A DNA stretch of 60,136 nucleotides, filler included, from Circinaria calcarea (GCA_051942165.1; 5 parts of 5 records of this genome joined end to end with filler, not necessarily neighbours in it), one strand, 5' to 3'; positions 12,592-25,796 are shown, numbered from the whole stretch's first letter. Made by a program: numbers and translations. The notes: generated by a model not told the origin, from the sequence alone.

Positions 12592-13086
12592 ATGATCAAC
12601 GTGACTGGAGAAGACGTGCCTCCTCCGCCATTGTCATCCCCGAAAAGTCCACCCTCTGCTACTTCGAATTCCTCCAAACGTGATATATCTCCCTCCTCTT
12701 TCCGCAAACCTTGCTACCTATGTCATGCCCCAAAGGACGTGCTCGTTCGCTGTCGAATAGATGATACGCAAGAATGGCGCTTTGTTTGCACCGGCAAATG
12801 CTGGAGGCAGGTGTCCGGCGGTGTAATCGATGGTCCAGATAAGCCATATTACCAGTATGGTGGGATGTGGAAGAATAAACACGTTGGCGTTAGTGCTAAG
12901 AAGCCCAAAAAGAAGAAATCGGCCATCGAGGCACCACCGGCGAAGCAATGGAATCCGGGCGAGGTACACTACACTACAAATGACAAGGTAATTGAAGACG
13001 GAAAGCACTGGATCTGCAGGCGGAGTCACTTGAGCGGGGGAATTAGAAGGCCGGGTTTGGGCTACACCTATTGGAAGGAAGGATAA
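12592..13086 (+). CDS. Small Cys-rich hypothetical protein with C-terminal CBM5/12 (ChtBD3)-like domain
   Basis: RKPCYLC..VLVRCRID..W.FVC..KCW..VSGG..YQYGGMWKN core, a Lys-rich linker, then WNPGEVHYTTNDKVIEDGKHWICRRSHLS..P....YW. Confidence 0.75.
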   Translation: MINVTGEDVPPPPLSSPKSPPSATSNSSKRDISPSSFRKPCYLCHAPKDVLVRCRIDDTQEWRFVCTGKCWRQVSGGVIDGPDKPYYQYGGMWKNKHVGVSAKKPKKKKSAIEAPPAKQWNPGEVHYTTNDKVIEDGKHWICRRSHLSGGIRRPGLGYTYWKEG

Positions 13087-14983
13087 AGCTGTATCGATCC
13101 AAGTCCTCTACCAAGTTCACAGATTTCTTTAAAGTAACCAGAAACTGCTATCCCCATCACTGCTCGAATTTTAAAGGCTCTCTCTAGCGTCTGGAACCCT
13201 CGCTCTGGCCACTGGTTCCACTCCAAGCGGGCAAGCTGATTGCTGGAGAATCGCATTGAGGCGGCCTGAGATCATTTGGTCTTGGCTAAAGACGATAATG
13301 GACGCCGCCTAGCTTCGTCGATGGCCCCGATATTCCTACTGCCCTGCATCTTGAGTCATTCTAAAGAAAAACGTCAGCAGTTTCCAACCGTGCCTCTCAT
13401 TTGGATTGGGCGTTGTGCTATATGATGTGGAAATTTTTATCCGCAACGATACTATTTAAGTCGAATGTTAATACATCGTCTTGGCATGGTACTGCCTCCC
13501 TCACCATAATTTCTGGAAGCAGGCAGCGAATTTTACAAAGGTTTGAGGTGGATTCGGGCGACATGATAGAAGGCTATCGATCTGAGAACCAGACTTACCT
13601 TATGTAGCGCGGTACTCATTCAACTGGTACACATCCACGAACCAGCTGCAAAACCGTCTAGGGTAGCAAGTTCAGCCCGGTTTATGAACTTAAACAGGTT
13701 CATCCCTTCAGCCCGATATCGAAAGCTGATTTGGGACTCAAAGAGGTCCCGAAGTCGGGGTCCCAGCGTTCGTTTGGCGCGTGAAGCTTTACGTGCTTGC
13801 TCTCCCGAATCCAGTCTTGAGAACGGTATTAATCAACCGAGGACCATTCTCGACAAGTACCTAGATGAACTCTGCCACATTTTCCTACAAAGCCCACGTA
13901 CAAGTCGGCAAGCACCTGGCGAGCCTGCCGCTCACTGACGCCGTATGCTTCAAAGGATTGGAATAGCCTTCATTACACGTGTGTCCTTGGCTCCTCTACA
14001 ATATGGGTGGAGTTCTGCCAGCAACGGGCCACACTTCGGTCTTCATGCCGCGCTGTTGCTCGTGACTGAGTTTGAACATGTGCACACTATTCGACGATTG
14101 GCATGGAGAGCGGCAGCGTAAGACTTTGTGCCATAGCAGAAGAGCATCAGGTGCCTCACCTCGAGGAGATGCAGGAGTAAAATGAACGGAAGATTCGGGT
14201 GTATACAGAGAGTTTCACGGGGTCTGGCACAATTCCAACCAAATCCACACTACATGACAGACGATCTTCGAAGGGCTGATACCGGCATCAGTCTACTCTC
14301 TTTGGCGCAGGTGTGTTAGCAGCACGATTGGTGTGATAATTAGGGTTGTGACAGGACGTTCCCGGGATGACGGGACGTTTCGAGGATCACCGCTTGCTAG
14401 GAATGCTGTACTCAATGAGAAAGGTGGCTTCGACGCTCACCGAGAGACTGTAAAAAGGAGAAGGAGGCCTGTCAGCGGTAAGTATGCTTGAGGGTGAGAG
14501 GCGCTCCGTACTTTAATCTCCATATGCGCCTCTTTCAGCCAATACTGCTGCAACCATGGAGAGCCACTGTCGACTGTGATCTGCATGACTTGTATTTTAC
14601 GAGCCCTCGTACATCGTTGAACATGTATTATCATAGGACTAAGTCGTCAAAAAATATCGCACTCCCTGATTTAAAGAGATGTTCAAGTCTAGGGTTATGT
14701 TATGGGAGTCACCACCTCGCCCAACCAGGAGCTCTTGACGATTTTAAGCACAGTCCGGTAATGCAGGGCGAATTAACATCATTCTTAAATAAGACTCGAC
14801 TTAACTCGCATACAGGCTAACCAAAGGTCATGCACCAAGAAAACAAGCATTAGCCCATCCTCTGGATACAACCCATAAATCACGCAAGCATCCAGCATGG
14901 CCATTAATTTAAAAAACAACAACAGACACAGTCATACCTCCTATTCCAGATGTCTTTGGGTAATGCGACAACCATCCTGTCGC

Positions 14984-15856
14984 CTAATAATCATCACCAT
15001 AACTGATGAAATCGTCCAGCGACCTACCTCTCCCTCCTCCTCGTCTTGGAGGTTCATGTCCTCTCCCTGGTCTTGCATCGTAATGGCCTCCTCCGCTGCC
15101 CCCTGCATGTCTCCGATGATGCCCACCTTCGCCTCCGTGATATCTTCCATTTCTACCTCCTTCGGGTCTCCTAGTCGGCCTACCCATCTCTTCGTCCGAG
15201 AAACCCCAAATATCGTCACCAGATAGACCTCCGAGCTCTTCCATGCCCCCGCCCCCGGCTCCGCCCGGTCTCCTACCGGAATCCCCGACATGATGGCCTC
15301 CATGACGGGCTCGCTGACGAGGGCCTATTGGTGCATCTCTCCGATGCTCTTCCCTCGGACGAGGGCCTCTTGCATCATCTGGCCACCGGTCGTTTCTCTC
15401 TCCAGGCCCGGGTCCCCTGCGCCTCGGCCCTTCGTGTTCGGGTTCGGAACAGAATCCGTCATCGGGAAATTCACCCCAGATATCCACGTCGTGCCTCCCA
15501 CCGTGACCGGCAGCATCATGACCCTGTCTTCCGTCGTTTCTCAACCGCCGAGTACGATATCTCGGCTGCCGGGGCGGAAAGATTGGCCCGTGCATATCAT
15601 AGCCTCGCTGAGCCCTCTGAGTCGGCTCGGGGAACGCCTCGCAGGATAGAGGACAGCTTCCTTCGGGTCCGTCCATACCACTGCAGTATCCATCGCTCAG
15701 GTAGTCGTCGCAGTCAGAGTAAAGGCAGTCGTCGCAGTCGGAGCAGACGTAGTCATCAAATCCATCATCCATGTAGCCGTTGCGTCGGCCACCATGGCTT
15801 CTTCGTCCACGGTCGTAACCGGCGTGACCGTCGTGCAGTTCACAGTAAAATTCCAT
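14984..15856 (-). CDS. Gly/Arg/Asp/His-rich hypothetical protein with a CSDCDD repeat
   Basis: 290-codon ORF from the ATG at 15856, GC-rich relative to its flanks. It is low-complexity and has no recognisable domain. Confidence 0.55.
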   Translation of the reverse strand: MEFYCELHDGHAGYDRGRRSHGGRRNGYMDDGFDDYVCSDCDDCLYSDCDDYLSDGYCSGMDGPEGSCPLSCEAFPEPTQRAQRGYDMHGPIFPPRQPRYRTRRLRNDGRQGHDAAGHGGRHDVDIWGEFPDDGFCSEPEHEGPRRRGPGPGERNDRWPDDARGPRPREEHRRDAPIGPRQRARHGGHHVGDSGRRPGGAGGGGMEELGGLSGDDIWGFSDEEMGRPTRRPEGGRNGRYHGGEGGHHRRHAGGSGGGHYDARPGRGHEPPRRGGGRGRSLDDFISYGDDY

Positions 15857-17713
15857 TTTCGATGTGTTTTGTACTTGAAGGTGATAGGAAGGGTCGGGAC
15901 TTTTAGGAAATTGACGAAAGCCTTTTGTTTTGGGTTTCTCGGTGGTATCTGGGGAGCAAAAGTAGCTGAGTGGGTAAAAGTAAAAGTCGGTGTTCGACTC
16001 AAGAGTCAAAACGATCTGATTTTCACGAGTGAAGATCTACTGAGTCATCAGGATGAATGTATTTTGATGATAGTTCTAGATAAGTCAACGGATGGATGGA
16101 CAATCAGTACCTTAATCAATATTCCGCCTCCCCCCCCCCTTTTAGTCCTCTTCCGTTTGTCTCTCCCACCTTCCACTAACTGCTCCTTACCTGCTCTTCC
16201 TTATTCTGCACGCACGCACGCACCAACCCTGTCGCGCTTTTCGTGCCGGGAAGCGAAGAAGCAAGTAGCCGTCCCCACATGTCCGTACCCAAGTCGCTTG
16301 GAAAAATTTTCTCAAAAGTTTCCCAAAAAAAAACTAAAAACTCCCTTCTCTCTTCCAACTTGGCAAATACACGCCCGTATCTTATGCTATTCTAGTCCAG
16401 TTTTATTTTTTTAAAAAAAATCCTGTTCCCGAAGTGAAAGACAAGAATGGAGACGGAGCTGTTTGGAAGAGAGAAAGAAAAAAAAGTTCTCGAGGTTAGA
16501 AGGGGTTTGGAAGAGGGCGGAGGTTTCTTCGGGTGTGAAAATAAAGGAAAAAAGGGGGGGGGGGTACAGGCGTTATAAAGCCGACAGGGAGTCATTAATC
16601 TCCCCGTCTCCTCCTCCCATTTATCTTTTCCTGACTCTTCGAGTCCCCTTCTTCCCCCTCCCTCCTACCCTTTTCCTCTCTCTACCCCTCCAGAACCACA
16701 AGAAACATCCCGGGGGAGAAAAAACAGCATCGTGAATTCGAAGCGAGGAGAAAAACCGTCGATCAAAGGGTGGAGCGTGAGTTTTCTGGTTCCGGCGCTC
16801 GAGGAGTGAGTCCCTTCGGCCGAGTGGGTGAGTGGGGATCGGGAGACAGCGAAGAGGTTCGGAAGGGGGTATGCGTGAAGTGGGCTGCTGGGTGCGATGG
16901 ATAGGTGGTTGGGTTTATGCGTGGGATTGCTGTTTGGTTTTGGTTTTTTCGCTCGGATAAGTAGCGTAAAGGTTATACCCGTGCTAGAAACGAAGAATAA
17001 GATTTCGCCCGTTACTCACTGCCGATAACCTCTTTTTTTCCCTTCTCCCCTTCTCCCCGGGGGGGGGGCCGCTTCCTGTCTCTCTGTCCCTGTTCATCAA
17101 AATCTCCCCTTCCAGCCCTAGCCCCAGTCCTAACCCCCAAACGTCAGCCGCTTCCTCCTTCCTCCTTCCACACCCGAAGCCATATAACCCTCCGAAAAGA
17201 ACCCCGAAAAGAACCCCGAAAACTCCCGAGAACTTCCGTAAGGAAAAACCAGAACGCCCCATGTCTTTTTAGGGGCCCTTTGTTAAGGAGTTGGATACTG
17301 CAAAGGGAAAATAAGGGAATGAAAGACGAAGCGGAGAGGGGATGCGGCGATAGTGAATTTTAAATAAATACTAGCGACAAAGTGAGGAAGAATGAGCGGG
17401 GAACCTAAGATCTGGATCGGGAACGGGAACAGGGCTGAGGGGGTGGGAAGTTGCGTGAAAGGAAGAGTGATGAGGTTGGATAGGTTTTGGGGGGTGGGAA
17501 AAGAGGGGAAGATGATAGGCGGGTCGGTAGGGATAAAAATGGGACGGTGGTCAAGGAGTTGGAGATTAGTGGTCAACATGGAGGTTTGAAGGCGAAATGG
17601 AGAGAAGACGGTTCTCGGGGGTCTGGTATGTGTATGAAGCTTTCGAGGCTAGTATCAAGACTGGATACAATTCCCCAAACCTTTCCCTTCCTGATCCCCG
17701 TTTCTTCATACCA

Positions 17714-20191
17714 CTACCTTCCAAACACAATCACACTCCCTCTAATGACATCAACACCCACACAAGCCGCCAGCTCAGCCGCAACACCTTTTAACGAGTA
17801 GGCGTCTGTAATTTGGGTTGTTGCGAAATCGGAGAGGTCCTATTGGTAGGGGGATTAGTAAATCTATAAGAAGAGAGAAGGAGAAGATAAGGAGGAAGGA
17901 GGAAAGAAGGAGGAAAGAAGGAGAGAAGAAGGAGGAAAGGAGGAGAGAAGGAGGAACAAGGGACGCTTACGCCCAGCTTGACTTCCACAGCCCCGGATTT
18001 AATCTTCCAGTTCTCAATCTCCGGTAATATTTCCGTCACCTGTTCTTTGCTCATCACACCGGGCATGCCAATATCAAATAAACTCCCTTCGCTTGCCGCC
18101 TCCTTGACCTTTGCACCTCTTTCTTCCTGTGCGATATAATCGAGATCGTCCAGGAACTTTTCTTTTCCCAAGCCGAGCTCGGTTTGAAAGTTGGAGGTGT
18201 ATGGTCTGTTGGCTTGAAGGTATTCCAAGGGGGACGGTGAGGCGGTGGGATTGGGCCGCAGACGGAGTTCGCGGGAAAGGGAGATGTAAGGGCGTTGAGA
18301 GAGGAGGGAGAGGAGGTGAGGAGTTATGGGGGAGAAAGTGAGGGTTTCGGGGTCTGTGACGTGGTTAGGAGTCGTGTGCATGGGAATAGAGGGGTTGGAT
18401 GCGTCAAGAGATAGGAATAGAGGAGAAGGAATTACCGAGGATCGAGGTAGGATGAAAGGTGGCCTTGTATCGCATCTTGATGCATGAGTGTATATAGTAG
18501 CCTGGCTGGTTTTAGCTAGGTGTAGGCTTCAAAGGGAGAGGCATACGTACCCATATAGTAGTATTGGTAACCACCGGAGAGGGCCAGATTAATCTCTTGG
18601 AGGGCGCTGACTTTCCCAAAGTCGAAGTCGCTAACCGAGGAATGATAGCTGGGTAGGCTGTTAGCGTGATGTGCTTAGGTTATGGTGCACAGCCCTTTGT
18701 CGGATTATGGAGTTAAGAGACGTTTAGGATCATCATCCGGACTTCTTAGTACAGCCAATTATTCTTCCAGATACCGGTTCCGTGGATGAATGAGGCCCAA
18801 AGGTGTAGAGTATGAGACAAGGGATCACACTTCAAAAATGTGCAGTGGGTTGGGAAACGTCTTGAGGATAAATACAGGAGAAGTCCTCCAATCACACACC
18901 ACGGTGTCTGATCGAGCATTTCACTTACATCAAATATACAGAGCTCACTCCGTGAGGCATAAGATCAAGTACACCCATCGCCACTAGACGTCCATCCATC
19001 CGATAGCACTGGTGATAAGAGCCTATCCTCAGCTGGCGGCCCTCACGCTCGACCGACCGTTGACCTAGTCCCGAACATAGGAATGATTTGAAGCCGCTTC
19101 TAGACACCTTTGATGGAGGCTCCTTATGAATGGTCTTTTGATAATGGGCGAAAAGTGCATATCTGAACAACGGTTAGACTTGCTCTACACCTATGGCGTA
19201 TTGGGCGTCCACTTTTCTTCTGTAAACTTGTCAGGCTCCAAGGTCACCTGAAATTTGTGGGTTGGCTCTATGGGCGCTTTTGTCGCAGGATCAACGGGTC
19301 GTTTGACAGTTCGATACTCGAACTCGTCAAGGACCTGGCCAAGGTCAAAATGGTTTCTGCGCCATTTCTTTTCTCTATACGAGATCTGTTGTCAGCCCAG
19401 TAATTGGGGGAGCAGGTAGCGTCATTGGTACGGTCTACCAACTGGCTCAAGATAGCATACTGGCGTGACTTTGGGCACAGCCTTGCGGCCTTGCGAAGAT
19501 ATTCTTGGCCCAGAACATGTTTGCTCAATCGGTTAAGGACCTGTCTCTGATCCTTGGACGGTTTGAAGGCAGCCGCGTCCAGTCTAGCAATCAACTGTCA
19601 ACACGATCCGAGTCGTGGTTCTCTTGAAGAAGAGATCATATACCTGATAGTATAATGTGGGCAACATGAGTGGCGCACATCGGGCTTGTAGTATACAGTA
19701 CCGGATCTAAATATCCTTAATCGAGCGTGACCGGAGGGAGGTGACGGTGGCTGATAGATCTTCGTGCATACCTTCTCCAGCCTCGGTCGACCAACAATTG
19801 ATAGTGCTCAGGTTGAACTCCTCTGGCAGACCTCGCCCAATAACAGGCGCCTGCAATGGAACAGCATAGCGGTTAGCAAATGTCCCCGAGGACTCTCTGC
19901 CAACCCAGACAGCAAGCTACTGGGTTATGTGATGGAGAGCTGCGGTCATTCATGCGTTAAATACCTACTCGTAGCTTTTGGATGAGATTTGCAGTAGCCG
20001 CAAGGACTGGATTGATAACCTGAGTCGCCTTAGTCAGCAAACCCTAACGGCCAGCGGATGACTTGGCACCATCTGCAGCATCTGCAGCATCTGCATCATC
20101 TGCAGCATCTGGTCCAGTCGATGGGGCACGAGGGGCGAGGGGCGATGCCGAGTGGCTTACCCAGAGGGGAGAGATAGGAGGTGCAGTCCAT
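17714..20191 (-). CDS. ATE1: Arginyl-tRNA--protein transferase (N-end rule), ~11 exons
   Basis: Exons read MDCTSYLSPL|GYQSSPCGYCK, LVDRGWRR|SGTVYYKPD..CCPHYTIR|LDAAAFKPSKDQRQ, YQKTIHKE, GSYHQCYRMDGRLVAMGVLDLMPHGVSSVY, FGKVSALQEI, YYYMG|YYIHSCIKMRYK and SLFDIGMPGV, ending AELAACVG..FGR*. Confidence 0.93.
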
Positions 20192-21477
20192 ACTTGCAGG
20201 GGCCGCTTGCCGCTGCTGCATGATCAACGGAGCCTTCGCGCTTCTCGCTCCAACGTCGATGCGGAAACGGAAACGGAAACGGAACCAGTGGACTTAGCAG
20301 GTGAGGTTTGCCGTTGATATAGGGACAAAGGGTGGGGGAGAGCACAGGAGGGGTCTTCCCACAATCTTCCCCAAAAACGACTTCGGATATCTATACTCTG
20401 ACGTCGTGGGGATCTCAATGGAGGGCTGGTTGGATGCCGACCCCCCGGTAAAAAAATCGATATCAACAACCATCATGCAGCCCAGCGGAGCTGTTGCACC
20501 TTTTGTTCGTATCCGTACATGGAAATGCTGCAGCACTCCCCACCACCCTTTGCTCCCACATTCCTGCCGCATTCCTGCACATGGGCTATTTCCCGACGGC
20601 ATCGTTGCTGTCCATTCACGCACTCGGAGTATCCCGTGACCGGAGAATGGTGGGGCATTCACTTCCAATGATCAAATAGAACCACCAATTGCAGTCGAGT
20701 CGGCCAAACCCCCCCGACTGATTAAGAGCAACCTGCACGGTCTGCTTCGGGGTTTCTATAAGACTCGGGGAAATGACATAGGCAAGACCGGATCGAGGCA
20801 ACTCCACGATGAACATATCGGATGAAATCCAGTGAATTCCGTACTGTAGAGAAGGGGAGGGGATCAACCATGGCTTTCATCGCGAGGACTGCATCCCACT
20901 GCATCGGATTCCCCCAAGTTTCCTGGACATGCACTCGCCCAGTCCAGGTCCAGGTCCAGATCCACAGGCGAATCCCCACTACGCTTCCGGCTTCCAAGGC
21001 GTTTTCTCTCGTGCAAACTAAAATTCCCCCAGGAACCCACTGAAAGCCCCATTCCCCCAATTTTACCACTACCACCACTACTACTACCTACTGCTTACCC
21101 TCAAAGCTAGCCAGCTGTCTTCCGCATCCGACTGGCATCGATTATCATCCGCCGCCTTAAAATGCCTGTCTTTTCATCCTCGACTCCGAACAGGACAATC
21201 CTCCTCCCTCAGCCCCGTCCACCGCGGGACTGAAGGAAGTCCGCCATTGCAGCCCCTTTCTGAGCTTCTCGTCACCCCTACCCATGGACTGACTCATTCG
21301 GAAGCTCTGTCCGACTTCTTCTGCCTGATTCCACCCATCGGACAACTCTTTCCCCCGACTCTCCGAACACCTTGCCTGACACAGGAAAAGCGCGACGTTG
21401 TCGGCTGCTAGTAAATCCTAGACCTAGAAATCCATTAGATATCCACAAAGACGCGGTCGCTCACGCGATCGAGTACC

Positions 21478-22070
21478 ATGGCGCAGAGCCTGCCAATGGC
21501 AGCGCGTACAGGGCGAGATAATCAGCGTAAGTGATGAAAGAGGCAACCCCCACAAATTTCCATTCCAGACCTCTGGTGTTGTAATCACACTTCTGTACGA
21601 CCTAGCCAACGCTCTATACTCACTTGCTAACTCTACTTTCAGGCTATGGCGAGCAAGGCGAACGTCTTGTCGCCGGCGTGGTTGCCCTTTCTAGTGACAA
21701 GATGAAGGTCCTCCTGATCCAATCGACCCGGCGTGGCGGCTGGGTGCTGCCCAAGGGCGGCTGGGAAACCGACGAGGGTACCCAACAAGAAGCGGCCATG
21801 CGCGAAGCATGGGAGGAAGCCGGAATCATCTGCTCCATACAGTGTGACCTGGGCAAAATACCCGACGTGCGTCCGGCATCACAGCTTTCGGACAGTGCCC
21901 CCAAGGCGATATATCAGTTTTACGAAGTGAGCGTGGACAAAGAGGAGAGTCAATGGCCGGAAATGCACAAAAGGGGAAGACGTTGGATGGGGTTTCAGGA
22001 GGCGAAGCAGGCTTTGGCTGCCAGGCCGGAATTAACGGAGGCGTTGAACCGAAGCTCGATCAAGCGGTAG
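21478..22070 (+). CDS. DDP1: Nudix hydrolase, diphosphoinositol-polyphosphate/Ap6A diphosphatase (Ddp1/Aps1), 2 exons
   Basis: MAQSLPMAARTGRDNQR|YGEQGERLVAGVV, Nudix box WVLPKGGWETDE..AAMREAWEEAG and WPEMHKRGRRW; intron ~21527-21642. Confidence 0.9.
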
Positions 22071-24030
22071 CCTTGAGGAAATCCAGTGTTGAGGCTTGCT
22101 CGAGCGGACATTGGTCATCCTGGAGCAACCCTGATGTGCTTAGATGGATATGGCTCATGGCGCGACTCGGAAACCTGGGATACTGGATGAGGAGGTACAT
22201 AGATGGGGAAAGCGTCTCAGACGAATAGAATGATCAGTGATACAGGATCAGTGTTTTGCTAAAGATGGTAAAGCTGAAGATTCACACCATAACCGCACAT
22301 TCCTCTCATTTGCTTCAGACAGATGTCGACTGTCAAGTGTCAACTAGGAAGCTATTGAACGACTTTATATCCCTTCGTTCAGCCTCTCTTACATACTCTT
22401 GATACTGGCAAAAGCTAAAAGCTCAAAAGCCAGATCTTTATCTGTTAGGCATGGCCCAGGCAAACAAACAAATACTAACTTCGATGTCGCCATGTTACCT
22501 CCTATGGGTTTTGGGTAACCCGCCTTCTCTGAACCTCTACTTGAGATCTAACATATATTTCATACTCTGATTCGGCCAACCCTTCGCTGAACTTTATTGG
22601 CAATACCGACTTTTCTCATCGGTAAGTGTTGTCCCTGACTTGAGAAAGGACAAAATCTGCTAGGCGATTCTCCCTTAACTAGGTGAGCCCTATCGTATGA
22701 ACGCCCCTGAAAGGTCTCTTTTTACGACCATCGATATATGGCGGCTCAGGTAATGATACAAATCCTCTTTCCGTCTTCATGTATGATGCGGCGGCGTTGC
22801 TCCAACGCAGGTGGAACGGGAGACAAGTTCCATGATATTGCCTGGCCGATGGGAAATGATGTATCACTTCACGTCAAGGCACCTGCTTCGCTCTATCTGC
22901 GTGATTTCCATGCATTGTGGATCTTTACGGTTGTTCATGCTTAGATCGAAGAGGAAAGCGTGATGCCCGCCCAGCAAATCGAGCGTTCTCCGTCAGGTGC
23001 TAATTCTATTGGAGCGTCGTTGCGGCTCATTTGACGCGGCTGGTGCGGCGTGGCTCCAATACGTACAGACCCTACCTTGTATAGGCTGCTTTACTTGTAC
23101 GCATCGGACTCTTTTGATAACGCTATGCGATTGAGTTACATGTGTGACAAAAACGAACAGCTTTCTGATAACCAACATGTCTTACCCAGAAGTCGAGCTA
23201 GTGAGTACTGAGCTGATTTCAAGTCTACAGCTCCTCTGAGGGTCTTCAAATACGAGAAATTAATTGTAGGTCCTCGCATCTCGCTCTCCTATGGACCCAC
23301 TGCTTCTGAGAGCTATTTCGGGCATCGTAAATAGGGTACAATCTTCTAGACATCCCTGGACGAGCTTCCCTTCGAGATCACGCAACATGGTGTGTACTTC
23401 TCTGACTGCTCACCGGGTCTTCCTTTTTCCCGCCTCGTTTCCAAGAAATGGACCGCAGTTGGGCGGCGGAAGGTATACTAGTGGTCTACTGTCCGTCGCC
23501 TCCCCCACATGCTTACATCGTCTCGAGCCTTTGGCCAAAAACACTCTGTTCCGGCAACACGTTCGTCACCTCGTATACAAAAGGGAACTAATTTCCATCG
23601 TACGGAGACATGAATGCTTCGGCAAAGGACGCTCGAGTCCTCCAATCTCCGATTAAATGGCCTAGCTTTCACCATGGCTCCGAGCTGCACGAAGAATGTG
23701 TTTTCGGCAAGCATGGGCTCGCGAGATCCAACCTTAGCAATTTCCGTAGGTATCGGAACTAACCAAAAAAAAAAAACCTCAACGGTACAGCACAAATCTC
23801 CTATGTTCGGGGTGGCATGTTCGGGATATCTTTTTTATCAGGAGAGAATTCTGGAAAGGTCCCGTCGTCCTGGGAGAGACGAAATGGTGGATAATAGGTG
23901 GATGAATTGGATAGCTGGGGGAAATGGACGAGAGGAACGCTTTCAATCCCTAGCCGTACAAGAACCCCCGTTCCCTTCCCCTCCCCCCCCCTTTCTCCCT
24001 TCAAAAACATAAACACGCACCATACAAATT

Positions 24031-24130
24031 NNNNNNNNNNNNNNNNNNNNNNNNNNNNNNNNNNNNNNNNNNNNTTAATTAATTAANNNNNNNNNNNNNN
24101 NNNNNNNNNNNNNNNNNNNNNNNNNNNNNN
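24031..24130. other. Artificial contig linker
   Basis: N44-TTAATTAATTAA-N44. Confidence 0.99.
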
Positions 24131-24536
24131 GTTTAGGTGGGGGAAGGGTGTTTTTGGGGGGATGATTAGGAAAAGAGCAACGACAAGGTTCCTTTCCGGT
24201 TGAGGGACACGGCTGTCTTAGGAAACATTTGTTCTAGTTCTGGTTCTAGTTCTCGTCTTGCCATTTCCCGAGATGAGATGGTAGCTTTGTGTATGATTGC
24301 AACTGCTGAGGTGGGGGTATATAAACATTTAAAATACTAAAACTTGAGGGGGTTTCGATTCGAGCTGAAAAAGCTCAATCCCAAATCCCGATCCCCGTTT
24401 CCGAAGCCTGGTCTTGTCTTAACTCCTTACGCCAAAACCTTTTCCCACTGGGTTTCATCCATGGAGTACCGAATTCCCCCAAACCTGCGCTTCACAGATA
24501 CAGAGAGCTCTCCCAGGCAATGATAGCAGGGTTTTC

Positions 24537-25055
24537 TCAAGCCGCAGCTCGAAACCGACTCCGCATACGCGGTGAATGAAACGTCAAAGGCTGCAGGGAG
24601 GAGAAATCACCGGTACTCAGGCCAAAGGGTAGATCCACTGGCGCGAGACGTCGTCGTTTCGGCGTTGCGAACTTGGATCGTGGGTGGACGTTTTCTTGGT
24701 CTTCCGTTTCACTTTGTGGACTTTTCTCGTCAATATCTCTCCTTCGTTTGCGCGTTTGCTTTGTTTGTATTATCTCGGCCTGAGGAGTTTGGGTCTTGGT
24801 GACGTTGGTGTATTGCGTCTTCGGGAGCTTCTTGGGGGACACTGGTATGGGTGATGAGGCTGATGTTGTGGTAGTTTGGGGGAGTGTAGGTTGGAGGTTA
24901 AGCAGCGAGTGTAGGGCGCGGCAGGTGCTGAGGACACTTGAAGCTAGAGTCGACGGATGATTTGGGGATTGTGAGGTATGGATGGGAGGGATGTAGATTG
25001 GATTCCGAACCAGCGGAGGTTGAGCCTCGCAAGGGAGGGCAGAGGGAAGGAGCAT
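24537..25055 (-). CDS. Hypothetical protein (Pro/Ser-rich, basic NLS-like clusters); probably continues through an intron toward the contig end
   Basis: ATG-initiated ORF MLLPSALPCE..RKRRR..FATPKRRRLAPVDLPFGL with a GTATGC donor near 24568. The downstream exons could not be resolved. Confidence 0.5.
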   Translation of the reverse strand: MLLPSALPCEAQPPLVRNPIYIPPIHTSQSPNHPSTLASSVLSTCRALHSLLNLQPTLPQTTTTSASSPIPVSPKKLPKTQYTNVTKTQTPQAEIIQTKQTRKRRRDIDEKSPQSETEDQENVHPRSKFATPKRRRLAPVDLPFGLSTGDFSSLQPLTFHSPRMRSRFRAAA

Positions 25056-25769
25056 TTGGAAAGAGGATATGGATAGTGTTGGTTTGAGGAGGATTAGATG
25101 GTGAGCCCTGCGCCGAAGAGCCTTGCGCCGGACAGCTTCTGCGCCGGAGAATGCTGCTGTGAAGAAATCGAGTTTTGCGATGAGAGGTGGATGATGGCGA
25201 GAGATGCGATTTGTAACGTTGCGCGACGCGTTTCAGGAGGAAGAGAGAGGAGGAGAGTAGGTAGTCAGCCTGATGCGCTCCCTCAATATGCGTCGTAGCT
25301 CTAGGTTGGAGTCCACAGGTTTGCGCCGGAGGATAGGAAGGTCTGAATAGCGAGTCTTTGGCGTTCACAGTAGCACTGACTGATTGTTCGTCCCGTCAAG
25401 GGGTCGTTGAGCTGCTGACGAGGTGATTCAACAATGTTGTGGGCAACCAAAGAGTGAATTCGTTCCTGAGGGAGCTGGTCGCATTTGGGCCTCTGGAACG
25501 GAAAGAGGGAAAACAACGGGAGGCTGCATTCAGGTCCCAGGAACGTGGCACTTAGCGCTTGCGGGATATCTACGACGCCTTAGCGTCAAACCGAGTCATC
25601 TGACGGTCAAAAGGGTCCACACCCCCATTGAGCCGGGATGCACTGAATTACGGACAAAAAGAGTTCCCCTCCCCCACGGGAAAACTACAAACCTCCACCC
25701 CTGTAAAATTCCGTAAAAGACTCCAGGCACCATACTTCTTAAAAAAGGGGTGAGAATCAATCGCAAAAC

Positions 25770-25790
25770 AATAAAATCAAAAATCAAAAA
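25770..25790 (-). terminator. RNA polymerase III terminator (oligo-T runs) of the tRNA gene
   Basis: TTTTTGATTTTTGATTTT on the minus strand a few nt after the discriminator base. Confidence 0.7.
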
Positions 25791-25796
25791 TAACAA

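Noticed and set aside
13100..14850. Short ORFs in a region of coding-like composition
   Set aside because: No coherent exon chain or motif found.
16100..17600. Purine/pyrimidine-skewed region with ORFs; considered as a possible ncRNA (e.g. telomerase RNA)
   Set aside because: Low complexity, with no template or conserved structure identifiable.
18650..18930. Unusually long ATE1 intron with an ATGATGA box C-like motif (possible snoRNA)
   Set aside because: No downstream CTGA box D within the intron.
20068..20112. GCATCTGCA 9-bp repeats and an associated ORF
   Set aside because: A microsatellite-like tract inside ATE1 intron 1.
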